Both the position numbers and the translations under genes were made by a program. Positions 1 to 13,690 of a stretch of 64,000 bases of DNA are shown here, one piece after another. The first letter of the stretch is position 1. Each line of letters begins with the position of its first letter. The notes beneath the pieces are model-generated. The model worked only from the letters and a program-made list of their open reading frames with translations. It was not told where the DNA came from and did no database searches. Source of the stretch: Chrysomallon squamiferum (lineage: Eukaryota > Animalia > Mollusca); the NCBI GenBank assembly GCA_012295275.1, contig CM022672.1, forward strand, positions 1,178,001-1,242,000. The letters are read 5' to 3'.

Positions 1-1212
1 TCTATGGAGTGATCGGAACGTTAATAATTTTGACGTCTAATGGACGTTTAAATCGTTTTTAGTCATTTCAGTTTTATCATATTTACGAAGTAAAAAAGAA
101 TCGATATGAAAATTTAAAATCCAGCATGCTTTTTTTTCAACCTATCTCATTTTTTTTCAATTTTTTATTTTGGCAATTTATTTATATGGAAATCGGGTCG
201 TAACACATTTAATTTTTTTTTTTTTTGGAAACTGGAAAAGAAGTACAGTTTTGCGGAAATGCCACCAAAATTTAATGTGAGTGGAACCTTCTGTAATTTT
301 TATTTCATCTAATGGAAGTTTACGCTGATTTCAGTTATTTATAGAACTGATCTCTAGCTTCATTATAACAAGTCTATTTTAACAAATCTCTAAGTCATGT
401 AATTTTGAATTTACTTTTTTAGTGTATTTGTTTCTGTAAAAGTCACAGAAATAAAAACCGATATCAGCGATAAAATTAAGGGCGTTTGGAAAATAAAACA
501 TGAAAACTGATAAAGAAATATCGGCTTAAAAATGAACGCAGACAGAACAATAAACATGAAATCTGGAAATAAAACAATAAAAACAGACACATGGATACGA
601 GTACACACTTACAGAGGAAACGGCTGGTGTCCTCTTTCATCATCAGTGTTGTTTTTTCTTGCACACACAGATCTAATAATCATCTTTCTGTTTTTACATA
701 AATATTTATATTTGAAAATACAGCTGTCAAAGCGTAGGCAGTACTCAGTCTTTTGATTACGCCATAGATTCACAAAATGTATTTTACAAATCGCCAGCTT
801 CTTTCTTTTTTATCGGTAAATTTTTGGCTAAAGGGATTGCGTTAAAAACTTCGTTTTAAAATTAAGTGTTATGACGACAAGCCAGTGTTTATTAAGCAGT
901 AGAACAAATTTTAATTGTGCCATTTAAGCTATCTTCCGTTCCAGCAAGAACTCTACCGTTAAACGACCGAAGGAGACATGTAAAATATCTTTATCATTAT
1001 TAATAAAAAGAAAATGTTTCTCGTGGAGTTCCACTTACTTTTATTTTCATTAAATAAAGAAATCACGCTTGACATTTAGTAATATTTAATATTAAAATGT
1101 ATTTAAGTATTTTTAAAACATATTTTATTATACAATGTTTATCTATTTACAGGTCTTAATTAAAATTTAAAAAAAGGCATTGTATCTGTCAGTGATACCT
1201 ACATTTGTGAAA

Positions 1213-1671
1213 ACAGAGTACAGAACTGATTCAAGTGCGAACTCTGTAGTGAAATTAAGCAGCCAGGTCATCACTCAGTAACTGTGGTCACGTCACAGGA
1301 TGACCAGTACTTGTTTAGACGACTCTGGCCCAGTTAATTATCTCCCGAGAAAGACCAGACTGTCAGCTGCAGTGGACAGTTATGTCTGGTCAAGAGAGAG
1401 AAAGACGTCGATGACGTTACGCTGTCGATTAAGGTTAACGGGACATCATTGCGCTCAAATTAATGATGTCACAGTAGCCGCTGTCGAGCAATAGGATTCT
1501 CTCTAGAGAAATTTCAACTGATGGATTCGGAGAGGAACTATTTTTGTTTTAGCCTCGTGCCAGCCCGCAGCCTGAGGCTGTTGTTACGTGAAGAGTTCTC
1601 CAAGTGAAGCGTATTCCAGAATGATCACCCGTAGCTTACTTGTACGACTGAATCACGTGACTTGATTCAGT
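1213..1671 (+). ncRNA. Structured RNA island (multi-hairpin), candidate intronic/lncRNA domain
   Basis: Stems ACAGAGT 1213-19/ACTCTGT 1241-47; GGTCATC 1266-72/GATGACC 1299-1305; GACCAGAC 1353-60/GTCTGGTC 1384-91; GACATCATT 1442-50/AATGATGTC 1462-70; AGCCTC 1551-56/GAGGCT 1574-79; ACTGAATCA 1647-55/TGATTCAGT 1663-71. G-U pairs occur on +. Confidence 0.6.
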
Positions 1672-1904
1672 AGATTCTGTTGGATTATCAGTTTAGTTGA
1701 TCTATTTATAGGTTATACAAATGTCGTTGCGTAAGTAATTATAGAAACTATGGTGATGGAATGATGACTGTTTGTATGACAGATAATTAAAATCAGAGTC
1801 TTAACCAGTTTTACTGTTATTTTTTACTTTAAGAAAACTATATTTTGGAAGGTTTTTCCGAGATTCGAACCTCAAACAGAAACCTTTACTAGCACTGTCA
1901 GTGT

Positions 1905-1906
<2 letters not shown>

Positions 1907-1943
<37 letters not shown>

Positions 1944-2228
1944 CACACACACACACACACATACACACACACATACACACACACATACTTACACACTCAT
2001 ACCCCCAGCACACATACACATAGATATACACACAAATACACATACACACACAGAGACACAGACACACACTCACACACGCATACACACATATACACACAGA
2101 CACACACACACAGACACTCACACACACATACCCCAACACACATACACGTAGATATACACACACATACACATATACATCCACACACGGACACACAGATACA
2201 CACACATACACTCACACAGACATACACA
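1907..2228. repeat. Compound (CA)n microsatellite with CATA/CAGA interruptions
   Basis: Seen directly. Confidence 0.95.
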
Positions 2229-2274
2229 TGTTTTTAATATATGAATGGGAAATATTAAGAAGTTATAAATTTTG

Positions 2275-2367
2275 TTAAATCTTGAAAAATAATAATAATA
2301 AAAAGGAAATTGTCGAATTTGATTAAATCTGGAAAAAATAATAATAATAAAAAGGAAATTGTCGAAT
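2275..2367. repeat. Tandem duplication, about 50 bp x2
   Basis: ttaaatct(t/g)gaaaaa(a)taataataataaaaaggaaattgtcgaat occurs twice. Confidence 0.85.
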
Positions 2368-4906
2368 AAAAAAATAAAAATAATAACAATAAAAAAAATT
2401 CACTGTACTGAACAGAGTTACTCTGGCACTTTTTCAGAAGCCGTTAATTTACCGATTTCCGTAGAAATGATATTAATTCAAAATGACCCAATTCACTCTT
2501 TCAAGATTACGTTTAATGTTGGATGACAGTAAAAGTAGTTATATTCAATTTTTCTTAATGAGAAAGATAGCGAGCCAGGGAGATAAAACAATTCCAAAAT
2601 GTCACCATTATTTTAATAAAATAAAACAGCATGGTGCATTTAAATCACGCCCTTATTCAATTACGTCACTTTAACATAAGCCAGGTCAAAGAAATCAATT
2701 CCTACAGTTTGTCAAGAATATTCGTAGAGCTTGTTTTGAGACTGGAATACAGTCACTGATTAGTTTTCTCTGTCATCAGCCATTGGAGGACAAACATTTG
2801 GCAATTCTGACTTTGAGTCTTCACATGAAGCCCTCAACATTTTCCTCATTAAAAGAAAGGCGTCGTTTATAATTAGTCTCTTTCCTACAACCTAGACAGA
2901 CTTTCCTTGGCAAATTTCTCTAGAGAAGTCTTGCTTGAACTCGTGCCAGTTATACTCATAAACAGTTCTCTGGTGGAAAAATTCAAGAAGTTACTATATC
3001 AAACATACTTGATGAGGCAATTTTTAGATTCTAAAACACAGACAGACACTCAGAATTATATTCGATGGGTCACATTATAGTTTTTGTTTTTTTTATCACA
3101 TATCCTCTGACACTCACTATAACGGGATAGAGACTGAAGGGCAACTGAAGGGGATGGATCTCTAATCTATCGCCTCTGAGTTTACCAGCTCTTTACTCTC
3201 AGGAACCAGTAACAACTGACTCTTTTCATTTGTCTTAACTTCCTTTATCGAAAATATCATCCAGTTTTGAGATATCTCGCATCAAACTCTCGAGTCCTTT
3301 TTTTTTCTTTTTTATTTACCATTCTATACAGCAAACAGCGACATTTGTTCATTTCACGTTTTAGAACACGTCAAACAAGCACATTATCTCGATAATCACT
3401 TCTTTTTTCTTAAGTATATTTTAAATTTTCGTCTGCTGTATTGTGAAAGTCGTTTATATTTTTATAATTCTCTCTTTCTGTTTCTAAATACGAAGGTATG
3501 TACATTTGTAGAAATCTATATTCTTATGAAACTTTGTAAGTGTGATGTGGTATGGTGTTGCATGGTTCGTGTGTGTTTGTGAGTGATTTAAAAAATGTTC
3601 TAAGAATATTTAGATTGAACAACAATCAAACTGGATTAACAGACGATATAAATTCTGCTTTCAAAGACTTCCTTTTGGCACAAGTTAATTAACATGCTTT
3701 TTGAATTTATGATTTTAACTTACGTATTGCAATAATAATAATACTGACAATCGGACCAGTGTCCTTGATACGTCATTTTTACAATGGACGATAATGCGTT
3801 ATAGATTCTTTGACTCATTGAAAGTACCTTATAAGACACAGCAACAATGAACGTTAAAAGTAATTGTATTGTACCATTTGTCAGTTCAGTGAAAATGAAA
3901 GCATCAGTAATTATATAACTGACCAAACGAGCGATGAACTTCACTGTTAAAAAAATAAATAAAAATAAAACAAAATTCATCGTTCACGTAATCAGGTACT
4001 CGTGGGAATTTTGACTTTAATGAAAAATGACTCGAACGCCTCCGCATTGAAACTACAATATGTAGAACTAGCATAATGCAACGCCGTGGTGCCGAAACGA
4101 GGCTGATGTTCTGTTTTAATTTACTCCCACTTTGGTGCGTGTTGGTTGGTCGTATTAAACAAAATAAGTAAGTAAAAATAAAAATAATAAAAAATAAAAT
4201 AAAATAAAATGATTAAAAACAGTAAAAATAGACAATAAAATAAAACAGAAAATTAAACGAATAAAAAAACGACGTTGTAAATTTTGAATGATAAATGTCG
4301 TTCTCTCATTCCATTTGTCTTCTAATCATTTATTTATATTTTTGTGTAGGAAAGCAGTGACAATATATCCTTTTTAAATAAATAATTTATTTTGTAATTA
4401 TTTTCACATACAAACCTTTTCATAAAAAGCGATGGTGAACGGACTAACATTTTATGATTTGGTTCTCTTTATATCTGGAAATATAATACTCAGCATGCGT
4501 CAACCAAGACACAATTTGGACACGTGCTTGTGTGTCAGATGATGCATTTTTCACTCTCAGACACTGCGCGGGTGATTAATAGCTTTGGTTTAGAAGACGT
4601 CTCACGTTAAATTTAGAATCAATAGAATCTCGAGGAAAAATTATCAGTTTTTATTTATTTTTCGTTACAGAATTTATCTGTGTGTATCTGTCTGCCTGTC
4701 TGTCTGTCTACCTATCTAACTCCTTCGTACATATCTGTCTATCATCTATCTATCCATCCAACTATCTGTCACTCCTTCATCCGTCCGTCCGTCCTTCCAT
4801 CCATCCATCCATGCATCTATCTATATCTCTTTTTTTCTTCTGTTTTTTCCGAAGCTTAAATTGTAAATAAATCGATGTAATAAGAACAAAAGAACATATG
4901 CACACA

Positions 4907-5023
<117 letters not shown>

Positions 5024-5219
5024 CATTATATTTTTGTGTTTGTTTCTTGTTTTTTTTTTTTTTCCTTATCTTCATTCATTCATTCGTGGTAATGAAAAAA
5101 CTGTCATAAAACACATTTTCAGTTTGTGCAAGCTGGGCCTTACACATCCAATTTAATTTTTAATAAAGTAATTTTTCTTACAGGAATTAAAAGAGTTACA
5201 TTCTCCCGGTTCGCTATGT

Positions 5220-5489
5220 AGGGCTGACGTGTAACTGGCAGAACGCAGGATCAATCCTTCTTGGGCGCCTGTTGAATTATTTATAAAATGCCAAATTATG
5301 GTTTTTCTACTTATAGGAAGGCGCATATAAACGACCTCTTATTGCTAATCGAAAATGCTTGCCCATTCTATGGTGGTAGTGAGCTTCTTATTGTTTTAAG
5401 GTTTTCACCATTACGTACAAAGCCAAGAAACCGGAGATCAAAAATGTGTTGAGTGCATTGTTAAATAACAGATTTCTTCCTTACTTTCC
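5220..5489 (+). mobile_element. Degraded tRNA-derived SINE copy
   Basis: tRNA-like 5' head with B-box-like GGATCAATCC (5248-57); 3' end TGTGTTGAGTGCATTGTTAAATAACAGATTTCTTCCTT with a TTCC-type tail; visibly similar to a second copy near 42060. The resemblance to a gastropod SINE family is from recall and was not searched. Confidence 0.6.
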
Positions 5490-5892
5490 AATGAGCCTCA
5501 TCACAACCTGAAACAGCTGATTAAAATCTCAGTGATCCTGCTACATACATCACGCGTTACCTGTTTTGTGAAAATTTTATTAAAGTAACTGTCATCCATA
5601 GCATTAGGCAGTAGACTGGAACTAATGCGATTGAAGCACATAATATCTTAAGAAGTGTAACACACCGACGAAAACCCGACACAGCCAAAAAGAGTTGTTA
5701 ATCAAAGAACTGCTCCCCTCCCCGTATTTGAATCGTGTCAAACTGTCTCCTTGAAATTTCTTGTGTAACTTGGCATTAATTTCCTCTCACTCACGGATAT
5801 TGTTGTACAATTTTTTTTTCTCTCTCTCTCTCACTCTTCGTAGAACATTGGCTCACTAGGAGCTCCGAATGGAAGAGAAGAGTCGACACTTT

Positions 5893-6060
5893 GCGCTACT
5901 TCCTGAGGGTGACCTCCGGTATCGATCGTTTCGGCTCCTTATTGAATATGTGTTAAATCACGACTGACGAGTTCTGGAGGAAGGGTCGCCCGTCAATACG
6001 CGACCAATCCAGCGTGGATTGGAGTAGCGCCCCGCTTAGAGAGCGCTAGACTTTTAGCGT
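5893..6060 (+). ncRNA. Structured RNA island (multi-branch junction)
   Basis: GCGCTACT 5893-5900/AGTAGCGC 6023-30 encloses CCTCCGG 5913-19/CTGGAGG 5974-80 (G-U), GGTCGC 5984-89/GCGACC 6000-05 and AATCC 6006-10/GGATT 6016-20; then GCGCTA 6043-48/TAGCGT 6055-60. Confidence 0.65.
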
Positions 6061-7022
6061 AGTCGCCTATGACAGTGTTACTTCACACTCGTTAACGTCA
6101 ACGTCGTCGTCGTAGTGCTGGTTATTGTTGTTTGTACATGACATCTACAGCTACGTCGTTGTCTTCGTAGACTGCATCTCGCAGCCACGTCGTTGCCAGT
6201 GGAACGTTTAGTATACAAGCCAAACAAAAAAGAAGAAAAAGAAAAAGAAAAGATAATGCTTCTTACAGCTGTAATTTAAAAATCAAAACAACAGTGGTTG
6301 AACTGTTGTGATGTAAAAATTTCCGATATCGTTTTTGTTTGTCTCGCGAGTCACTGTAGCAGACGATAAATTCATCATTTTCCTATAAAAAGACAAAGAC
6401 TAGTCGCACTGGAGAAGCAGACGTTATTCTAAAATAGCAGACGATGTTCTTCAATTCGAAAATAATCATTTTTCTCTCGCAGACGTCACCAGACTAAATA
6501 ACGTGGCAGCCGAAACAAAACATCGTGTTAAAAAAAAAAAAAAAATGTCAATCGTGATACTGTAACATCCAATCAAGGCTAAACCTGAAACTGGTCAAAC
6601 AAACGCATTCTAGCAAGAACGAACAACGATGATAAAATGACTAATGATAACCGTATTTATCAGGTCATTACTGCTGGAGTCAGATATAGATCGCAGTGTT
6701 CTCGGAGACTTCAGTAATAGGGTCCACGTAACAAAGACAAATCTTCACTGGACTACTTGGTTTATTACACGCCGTATTATTCTTGGGATAATTTTTGTGT
6801 CAACCAACGAAACTAAAGTGTTTTTTTTAAAGATCCAGGATTCGAAACAAAAATAAGGTATGTATGTTAACGCAATTATGTTGAAATCATTATACGTGTG
6901 TGTGTGTTTGTGTTTGTGAGTGTGTATGTGTGTGTATGCCTGTGTGTGCATACATATATATTTATATTTATTTATTTTAATGCGTAGTTAAAACTTCACA
7001 GATAAACAGTTAAACATTTTAG

Positions 7023-7172
7023 GTATTATTATGTATTTATTTATTTATTATTATTATTATTGTTATTGTTATTACTGTTATTATTATTATTATTATTGTT
7101 ATTATTGTTATTATTATTATTATTATTATTGTTGTTTTGTTGTTGTTGTTGTTGTTGTTATTATTATTATTA
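7023..7172. repeat. (ATT)n/(GTT)n microsatellite
   Basis: Seen directly. Confidence 0.9.
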
Positions 7173-7754
7173 TGATACCTCAGTAGTTCAAGATTAATGA
7201 AAGTAGATTATTTAGGGAGGATAAGAAATGTGTTAATATATTTCTGTAACATAAGTTTACAAAAACTATTATTTTTAACTGTTTATTCTATTTATCTTCA
7301 GTATTGTTTATTATTGTCAGTTTAATTTTACATTAATAAAAACATTTGTTATTTGTTGTGAAACATACTTAATTTACTGCTGCATAAAGTTCTAATATAT
7401 TTGTATTTTGCATCAGTGTGTCGTGCGTGTGTCTGTCCATTGATATTTTATAGGCAGTTTTCGTTACCATATCTAAATAATTATATATAATTATTTATCA
7501 CTGTCATGCAATAAAGTATTCAAGGCTACCGACTGGGTCCACTGATGAAAAAAATACTATTAGGATTACTGTCAGTTGTTGTTTTTGGGTTTTTTTTTTT
7601 TGTTGTTGTTGTTCTTGTTCTTCTACTTCTACTCCTTGTTGTTGTTGTTGTTGTTCTTCTTCTACTACTGCTACTTATTATTATTAAGGTCGTCAATCAC
7701 GTTACGAAATAACTTCATACAAAAACACAGAAACAGACATACAGACATACATAC

Positions 7755-7758
<4 letters not shown>

Positions 7759-7824
<66 letters not shown>
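7759..7824. repeat. (AG)n microsatellite
   Basis: Seen directly. Confidence 0.95.
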
Positions 7825-7953
7825 TACACGATTAAAATTAGTATCTGTTTTAGTTTACCCTCCCACAGAGTATTTTTCAGTTATTCAAGGAGTTTGCTGT
7901 ATTTACAAAGTTGTCTAAGGAATTCATTTTGAAAATTATTATTATTATTTGCC

Positions 7954-8007
<54 letters not shown>

Positions 8008-8705
8008 TATGTGCAGAGAATATTAACTAATTAAGGATTTAAAAACACAATTATCTAATAATAATTTACTGGCATGACCTTAACTACATACAAAGCTTTT
8101 ATTTAAAAAATATAAATTATAAATCTATATTCTGATAGAAACCACATCCATTGCGATGAAGACCTAATCGACTTCAAAGACATCAGTTTTTGTCTAACTT
8201 CAAAAACAGTCTAGTTATGACCATGACTGGTGTATTTAAACAGTTCAGAGAATTTGTAATTACGGCAATATTATATTAATTTATTTATCTATTTTTGTTG
8301 TTGTTGAAAAAAGGCCATTTTTAAAGAAATATATACTTGTCAGTTGAAAATAAAGATATAAAACTAACTGATTAACTGGAATGAAATAGTTTAAACCAAC
8401 GTTAATAACAGATAAAAAGTGAATGTTATAAAACCACATATATCTCATTAATTTAATAAAAAGTGATTATTTAGTTACGAAAAAATATTATATTTATCAG
8501 TTTGATACCCAGAGCCCAGTCTATTGAGATACAGATTTCCTGGGTGCAGTGGTAGTTGTAGCGTACTGGGGGAATTCGGCAGAGAAAAAGGAAAACGAAC
8601 TCAATGTATCCTTAACCAGATTAATTTCAGTAGAAGCTTTTCCTGGGAAGCGATCCTGGTACATACCAATTTTAAGACCGACAGATTAACAAATGCTCAA
8701 CAGTT

Positions 8706-8736
<31 letters not shown>

Positions 8737-8889
8737 TTATTAGTATTCATATTTACAAATAAATTAATCTAATAGCTAAAACATTATTCATTATATTATA
8801 TTATTTATTTATTTATTTATTTTTTTCTGAATCATTCAAACATGAAGTGTGTTAATACTATCTGTGTCATTCATCACGCTGTGTCGAGT

Positions 8890-9120
8890 TCGTGTGTAGG
8901 GGATGTCGGCAAACATTGCTCCGCCTGCCCGGAAGTTATCTTAACTGGACAGAAAAACCAAATCTTGCTCTGGGCTAGAACACCCACTATTAACGCAATG
9001 AATTCCATCATTTATGAATGTGACGGAAATAACGGAAAGGTTACGTCGATCGTTTGCTGCAGGTTTTTACCAATTGGTTGGCTTCGGGTGGTAGAGCTGG
9101 TTTGTACGGTGGCCACACGA
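8890..9120 (+). ncRNA. Structured RNA island
   Basis: TCGTGTG 8890-96/CACACGA 9114-20 encloses GGCAAAC 8908-14/GTTTGCT 9052-58 (G-U), CATTGC 8914-19/GCAATG 8995-9000 and a TTTTACCA/TGGTAGAG hairpin (9065-96) with G-U pairs. Confidence 0.55.
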
Positions 9121-9631
9121 GGCGATTTTGACTAGTACTAATTACAGAAGTCGTAGCAGTAGCGGTAACTGCAGTTGCAATAGTTATGATAGCAGCAGCG
9201 ATAGAAGTTGTTTTAGCAGTTGAAATTATGGCAGTACGAATAATAATAATAATAATAATAGTCGTAATAGTTGATTTGGTTGTCAAATGTTGTATTAATA
9301 GTTATATCAGTACTGGGTCTCTCAGACATTAATACTGAGGAAACAGATGAATCTAAGTCTGTGCTATGAGATCTTAGAATATCAAGAATTTTGATTTGAC
9401 AGAAACTACTCACAGCCTTTTTGAACTGACGCAAAACCAAAAAAGTTGTTGTTATTGCTGCAGTCAGAAAAAGAAAAGAAAAAAGAAAAAAAGAAAAGAA
9501 AAGAAAAGAAAAATGAAAAAGAAAATTGAACCAAAAAAAATCAGTTTACGTGTAAGAAGATTATCTACAGAACCAATGTTGTAGATTTAAACATTTGAAA
9601 TCTTTTAACCCTTAGGCATGTTTTTTTTCTT

Positions 9632-9635
<4 letters not shown>

Positions 9636-9730
<95 letters not shown>
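9636..9730. repeat. (CT)n microsatellite
   Basis: Seen directly. Confidence 0.95.
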
Positions 9731-10389
9731 ATTTCTTTTTCTGTCTCATTCTGTTTTTCAGTGGTTTCATTTCCTGAGGCAAACGTTTAATTTTAATTTT
9801 TTTATGTTATTTTTTAAAACACTTTTTTTTTATTACTTGTAAGAAGGCTACATCACTTCCTCGCCAAAGACAGTCACTATTATTTTCATTAATCGCATTT
9901 ACAAAAGTTTTTTTCTTAAATATGCAAAGGTCATAGTTTCACTAGGATATAAATAAACAGATCTCAGTTTACAATTCTGTTTTCACTAATTATTCAAAAA
10001 AGACTAAAATACATGTACTTTATTGGTGAATGGAGCAACGTTTTAGTTTATAAATAGACGACGTCAGTGACACCTGTTGCTACGACTACGTGGTCTCCCT
10101 GTGACATGGCATTTCAGTCACTGCAAAAACATATAAATTTGATGCCGTCGTTCGCAACATCAGTTTAAATGGAGAGAAAATGTGATGTGGAATGAAGCTA
10201 TTTCAGTTTAATTGTAGATGTTATTGTGAAAGGCTAATGCGCTTAGAAAAAGAGTCAGTAGGTTAAAAAAAAGTCATTTACTGTTAAATGAAACAAATAG
10301 CACGCAGTATCCTAGAAATAGCAGTGGTTGTGGTAGTAATAATAGTAGTAGTACTAGTAGTAATAGCAGTAATAGTAGTTGTAGTGGTA

Positions 10390-11150
10390 TAAATAAACAA
10401 AAATAATAAACTACATAAAAAAAAAAATGAATAAAAATTAAATAATAAACTATAAAGATAAGAATATAAAATGCAAAAAAAAAAAAGAATATGTAAACAA
10501 TAACAAACACAAACAAATATGAATCTTCCAATAAAAATCCAACAGTAAATTGAATAATAAACACAAATAAAGATATACTAAAAAAAAAAAATACCAACAA
10601 ACAAAATAAAAAAAAAATCCAACAAATCCCCCAAAAATAAATAAAATAAAATAAAATAAATGAATAAACAACAACAACAACAACAACAGTAACAACAACA
10701 AAAAAAATCAAGAAAATAAAACAAAAGAAAACCAACAACCCCACGCCGATCAAACCATCCAGCAAACCCCCCCCAAAACACAAACAAAACCGATAACAAA
10801 AAAAAGAAGAAGTGAGATATAGCTTTTACAGAAATAAACCAAATAAACTATGCAAAAATAACAAGAAAAATAAAACAATAAATAAATTTAAAAAAAAAGA
10901 TTAAAAAGAAGCAACAGCTGAAAAAACAATAACATGGAACAGTAATTATAATAATGATGATAGTGATAACGACAGAATTATTAATAACAAGAGCAACATC
11001 ATGAACATAATAATAATAAAAAAAAAAAACAACAACATAGAAACATCATGAACATAATAAAAAAAAAAAAAAAACAACATAGAAACATCATGAACATAAT
11101 AAAAAAAAACAAAAAACATAGAAACAGTAGAAACACTATGAAAAATATAT
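10390..11150. repeat. A-rich low-complexity tract, including a ~44-bp unit x3 (aacatcatgaacataat-polyA-aacatag) at ~10995-11125
   Basis: Seen directly. Confidence 0.85.
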
Positions 11151-12174
11151 TTAACGATAAACTCGAGGAATATTCTACAAATCAACCTCTACAAAACAAA
11201 TGATTTTTTTCGTAATTATAAAACAACAACCATTATTTTATAATTAAGCAAAAAATCTATCGTAATATTTGCCACTGCTGTACTTCGATCATTTTTGCCT
11301 ACAGAAGCCAATAAACGCATATCCAGATAATTAAAATTCTGTTTGCAGAACAGTTCTTAAGACTAAGACTTGGACGAACGTACGTTGTTTATCTGAACTA
11401 ACACTGCAGTGCACGCAGATTTTACAATCAATGGTCCAATTTCAGATTGATCTGTAAAAAACAGCTGCCGTCGTTTTAATGGTTTCCTTTTTTTCTTTCA
11501 AATTTTATTACGTGCTTACGCATGTGTTTAAACATTTTTGTCAAAAGAAAAAGGCGCAGATCCATAGATATTGGTTTATATTCAGTGTGCACTATTTATC
11601 TTTGTTCTTATTTTTGATTTCTGCCTGCACCCGTTGCATTCAGTGATTTATCAAAGATTATGGTTTTGTCTTTTCCTCTCTGTGGCAAGGTCAGTTATAA
11701 CAATGTCTTCGTTGCTCTAATCGATGAGAGTTGCCTATGGAATATGTCATAAGTTTTCAGATGTCGATAATTTCTTTAGATTTCATTTTATTTTCTTATT
11801 AACGGATCTTTTCTTTTCCCTTCTTGCCATTAAAACCCCCAGAAATAAATACATTCTCTATACAAATAGGCATTTGTGTTTTATTATTGCACTGTCAGTC
11901 GATTGCAAAGCTTTAATATGTCATTGCGGGTATCATCTCTCTTTTATTAGGTAAAGAAAACAATGTGTATCTGATTAACAATCCCGTTAATAAAAACAAT
12001 TCGATAAGAATGTCATCAGATACGTTCTATGATCGGTACTGTATTTAGGTGGTGTTGCAAATTTGACAAATTTTATGGCTAAAGTTATTAGATGTGAAAC
12101 ATGTGGTTTACGTTTAATGTTGATTATACCGACTAATCTCGCTTCTTCGTGGACTATTGTTATCGATTGGTAGA

Positions 12175-12350
12175 CTGAGATATTTTATACGTATCTTCCT
12201 GCAGCGGGGAAAGAATGTCATCAGACGACTGTTTCGAGGGAGAGGTAGTCGCGTACTGTGACCAGGCATTCATCAGTGAAGTGATTTGATCTCAGACTTA
12301 CCATCCGCTCCATACGTGTCTTTATCTCAAAGAATGTTCCAGACATTCAA
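12175..12350 (+). ncRNA. Structured RNA island
   Basis: CTGAGAT...ATCTCAG closes a domain containing TCTTCCT/GGGGAAAGA, GAATGTC/GGCATTC (G-U) and CGACTGT/GGTAGTCG (G-U); followed by a GAATGT-tccag-ACATTC hairpin. Confidence 0.55.
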
Positions 12351-12559
12351 ACACGTCAGCACAAACAATATCTTCAGAGTTAACGACACTACATCGGAAT
12401 AGACGCTCAGTCCAGAAAACAAAAATAAAAGGATATCAGTCTATTAAACGAGACATTTATTTCCGTTAGTTCAATTACAGATCATTTTATTCAATGTCCG
12501 TGCATTTTCCAACCTGAAAGATGTCCACAGACACTGATATCAATTATTCCCTATTTCAG

Positions 12560-12969
12560 ATCTCGTTATTTTTTTATATAATCTTTCTAATTACTTTTTT
12601 TTTTTTTTTTTCAAACTTTTGTCAGGCTTTTAAAAGTTCCCATTTTTTTCCCATGTTATTCATCTCCCAAATGTTGAAATTTTTTTTTTCTACATTTTTA
12701 TCATTATTCTTTTCTATACATTTTTTTTGTTATTTTTTAATTTCCTTTTTTCTGTCTTCCTAGGTTTTCAATTCATTATAATTTAGCTCGCTGTTATAAT
12801 TTATCTTTGTTGGTTTTCACGCCTGTATTAATTGTTTTCTTTCTGTTTTGTTTTATTTCAGATCTTTTCTAACTTGTATATGTATATTTTTGTTAGTATT
12901 TTTTTCTTAATTTATATATATAAGTTCATTTTTATTTTTTCTACACTTTAATTTATTCTGCTTTTATTT

Positions 12970-13005
<36 letters not shown>

Positions 13006-13690
13006 TTTCTTTCTGTTTCTCTTTTTGTTCTATCCTGGATTCTTTTCATGTTTTTCTTTCCATTTATTCTGGGTTTTTTCGTCCTGAAGTCAAAGTAATA
13101 ACTGAAATGGTGAGAATCTGATGAGATACATCTCTCTTTTCTCATCACTTATTTTTTGTTTGTCTTTCATTTCTTATTTTTTGTCTTTATTTCGTTCTGT
13201 TCTTGTTTCTTTTTTTTTTCTTTCTTTCTTTCTTTCTTTTTTTTTTTATTCTTCGTTTCTTCCTGTAACTGAATTCTTTTTTTTTCATCTTCTCCCTTTA
13301 ATTTTCATTTCTTTCTTTTTGACCTAGATTTTCATTCTGTTTTACTTTCATTCTTTTTTTGTTTTTCATTTGCATGTTCTTCTGTAACATTTGCTAGCTT
13401 CTGTTGGTTTTACATAAAACTTTTTTTTTTTTTTTTTTTTTTTAGTTGTTTGATTTTCAGTTATTATTTCTTCGAGGGTTTATTTTCAATTCAGTATCTT
13501 TCTTATTAATTCTTCATGATTTTTTTTATTATTTATTTATTTTTTTTTTTTTCTTGTTTAGTTTCTGTTTGGTTTTGGTTTTGCGTTCTCACTTTTAATT
13601 TTTCCTTTTTCTTTTTTGTTCTTTTTTTTTTTTTTTTTTTTTTAATTTAATTTATTATTGGTTTTCATCGTTTTTCATCGTTTTTCATTT
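12560..13690. repeat. T-rich low-complexity tract ((TTTC)n, poly-T)
   Basis: Seen directly. Confidence 0.85.

Noticed and set aside
1353-1391. Island hairpins as a miRNA or snoRNA cluster
   Set aside because: The stems are short and branched, not ~30-bp pre-miRNA hairpins. I recognised no known mature miRNA and no consistent C/D or H/ACA box layout.
1711-1736. Possible ~20-nt microexon (TAG|GTTATAC...TTGC|GTAAGT)
   Set aside because: Poor pyrimidine tract and non-consensus exonic donor bases; expected by chance.
5964-5990. CTGACGA hammerhead core, and CTGATGA at 13118, 20628 and 35252
   Set aside because: No GAAA following a stem II.
12296-12513. Minus-strand donor (ACTTACCAT) suggesting an exon
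   Set aside because: No convincing acceptor or recognisable reading frame; it lies within a + strand structured island.
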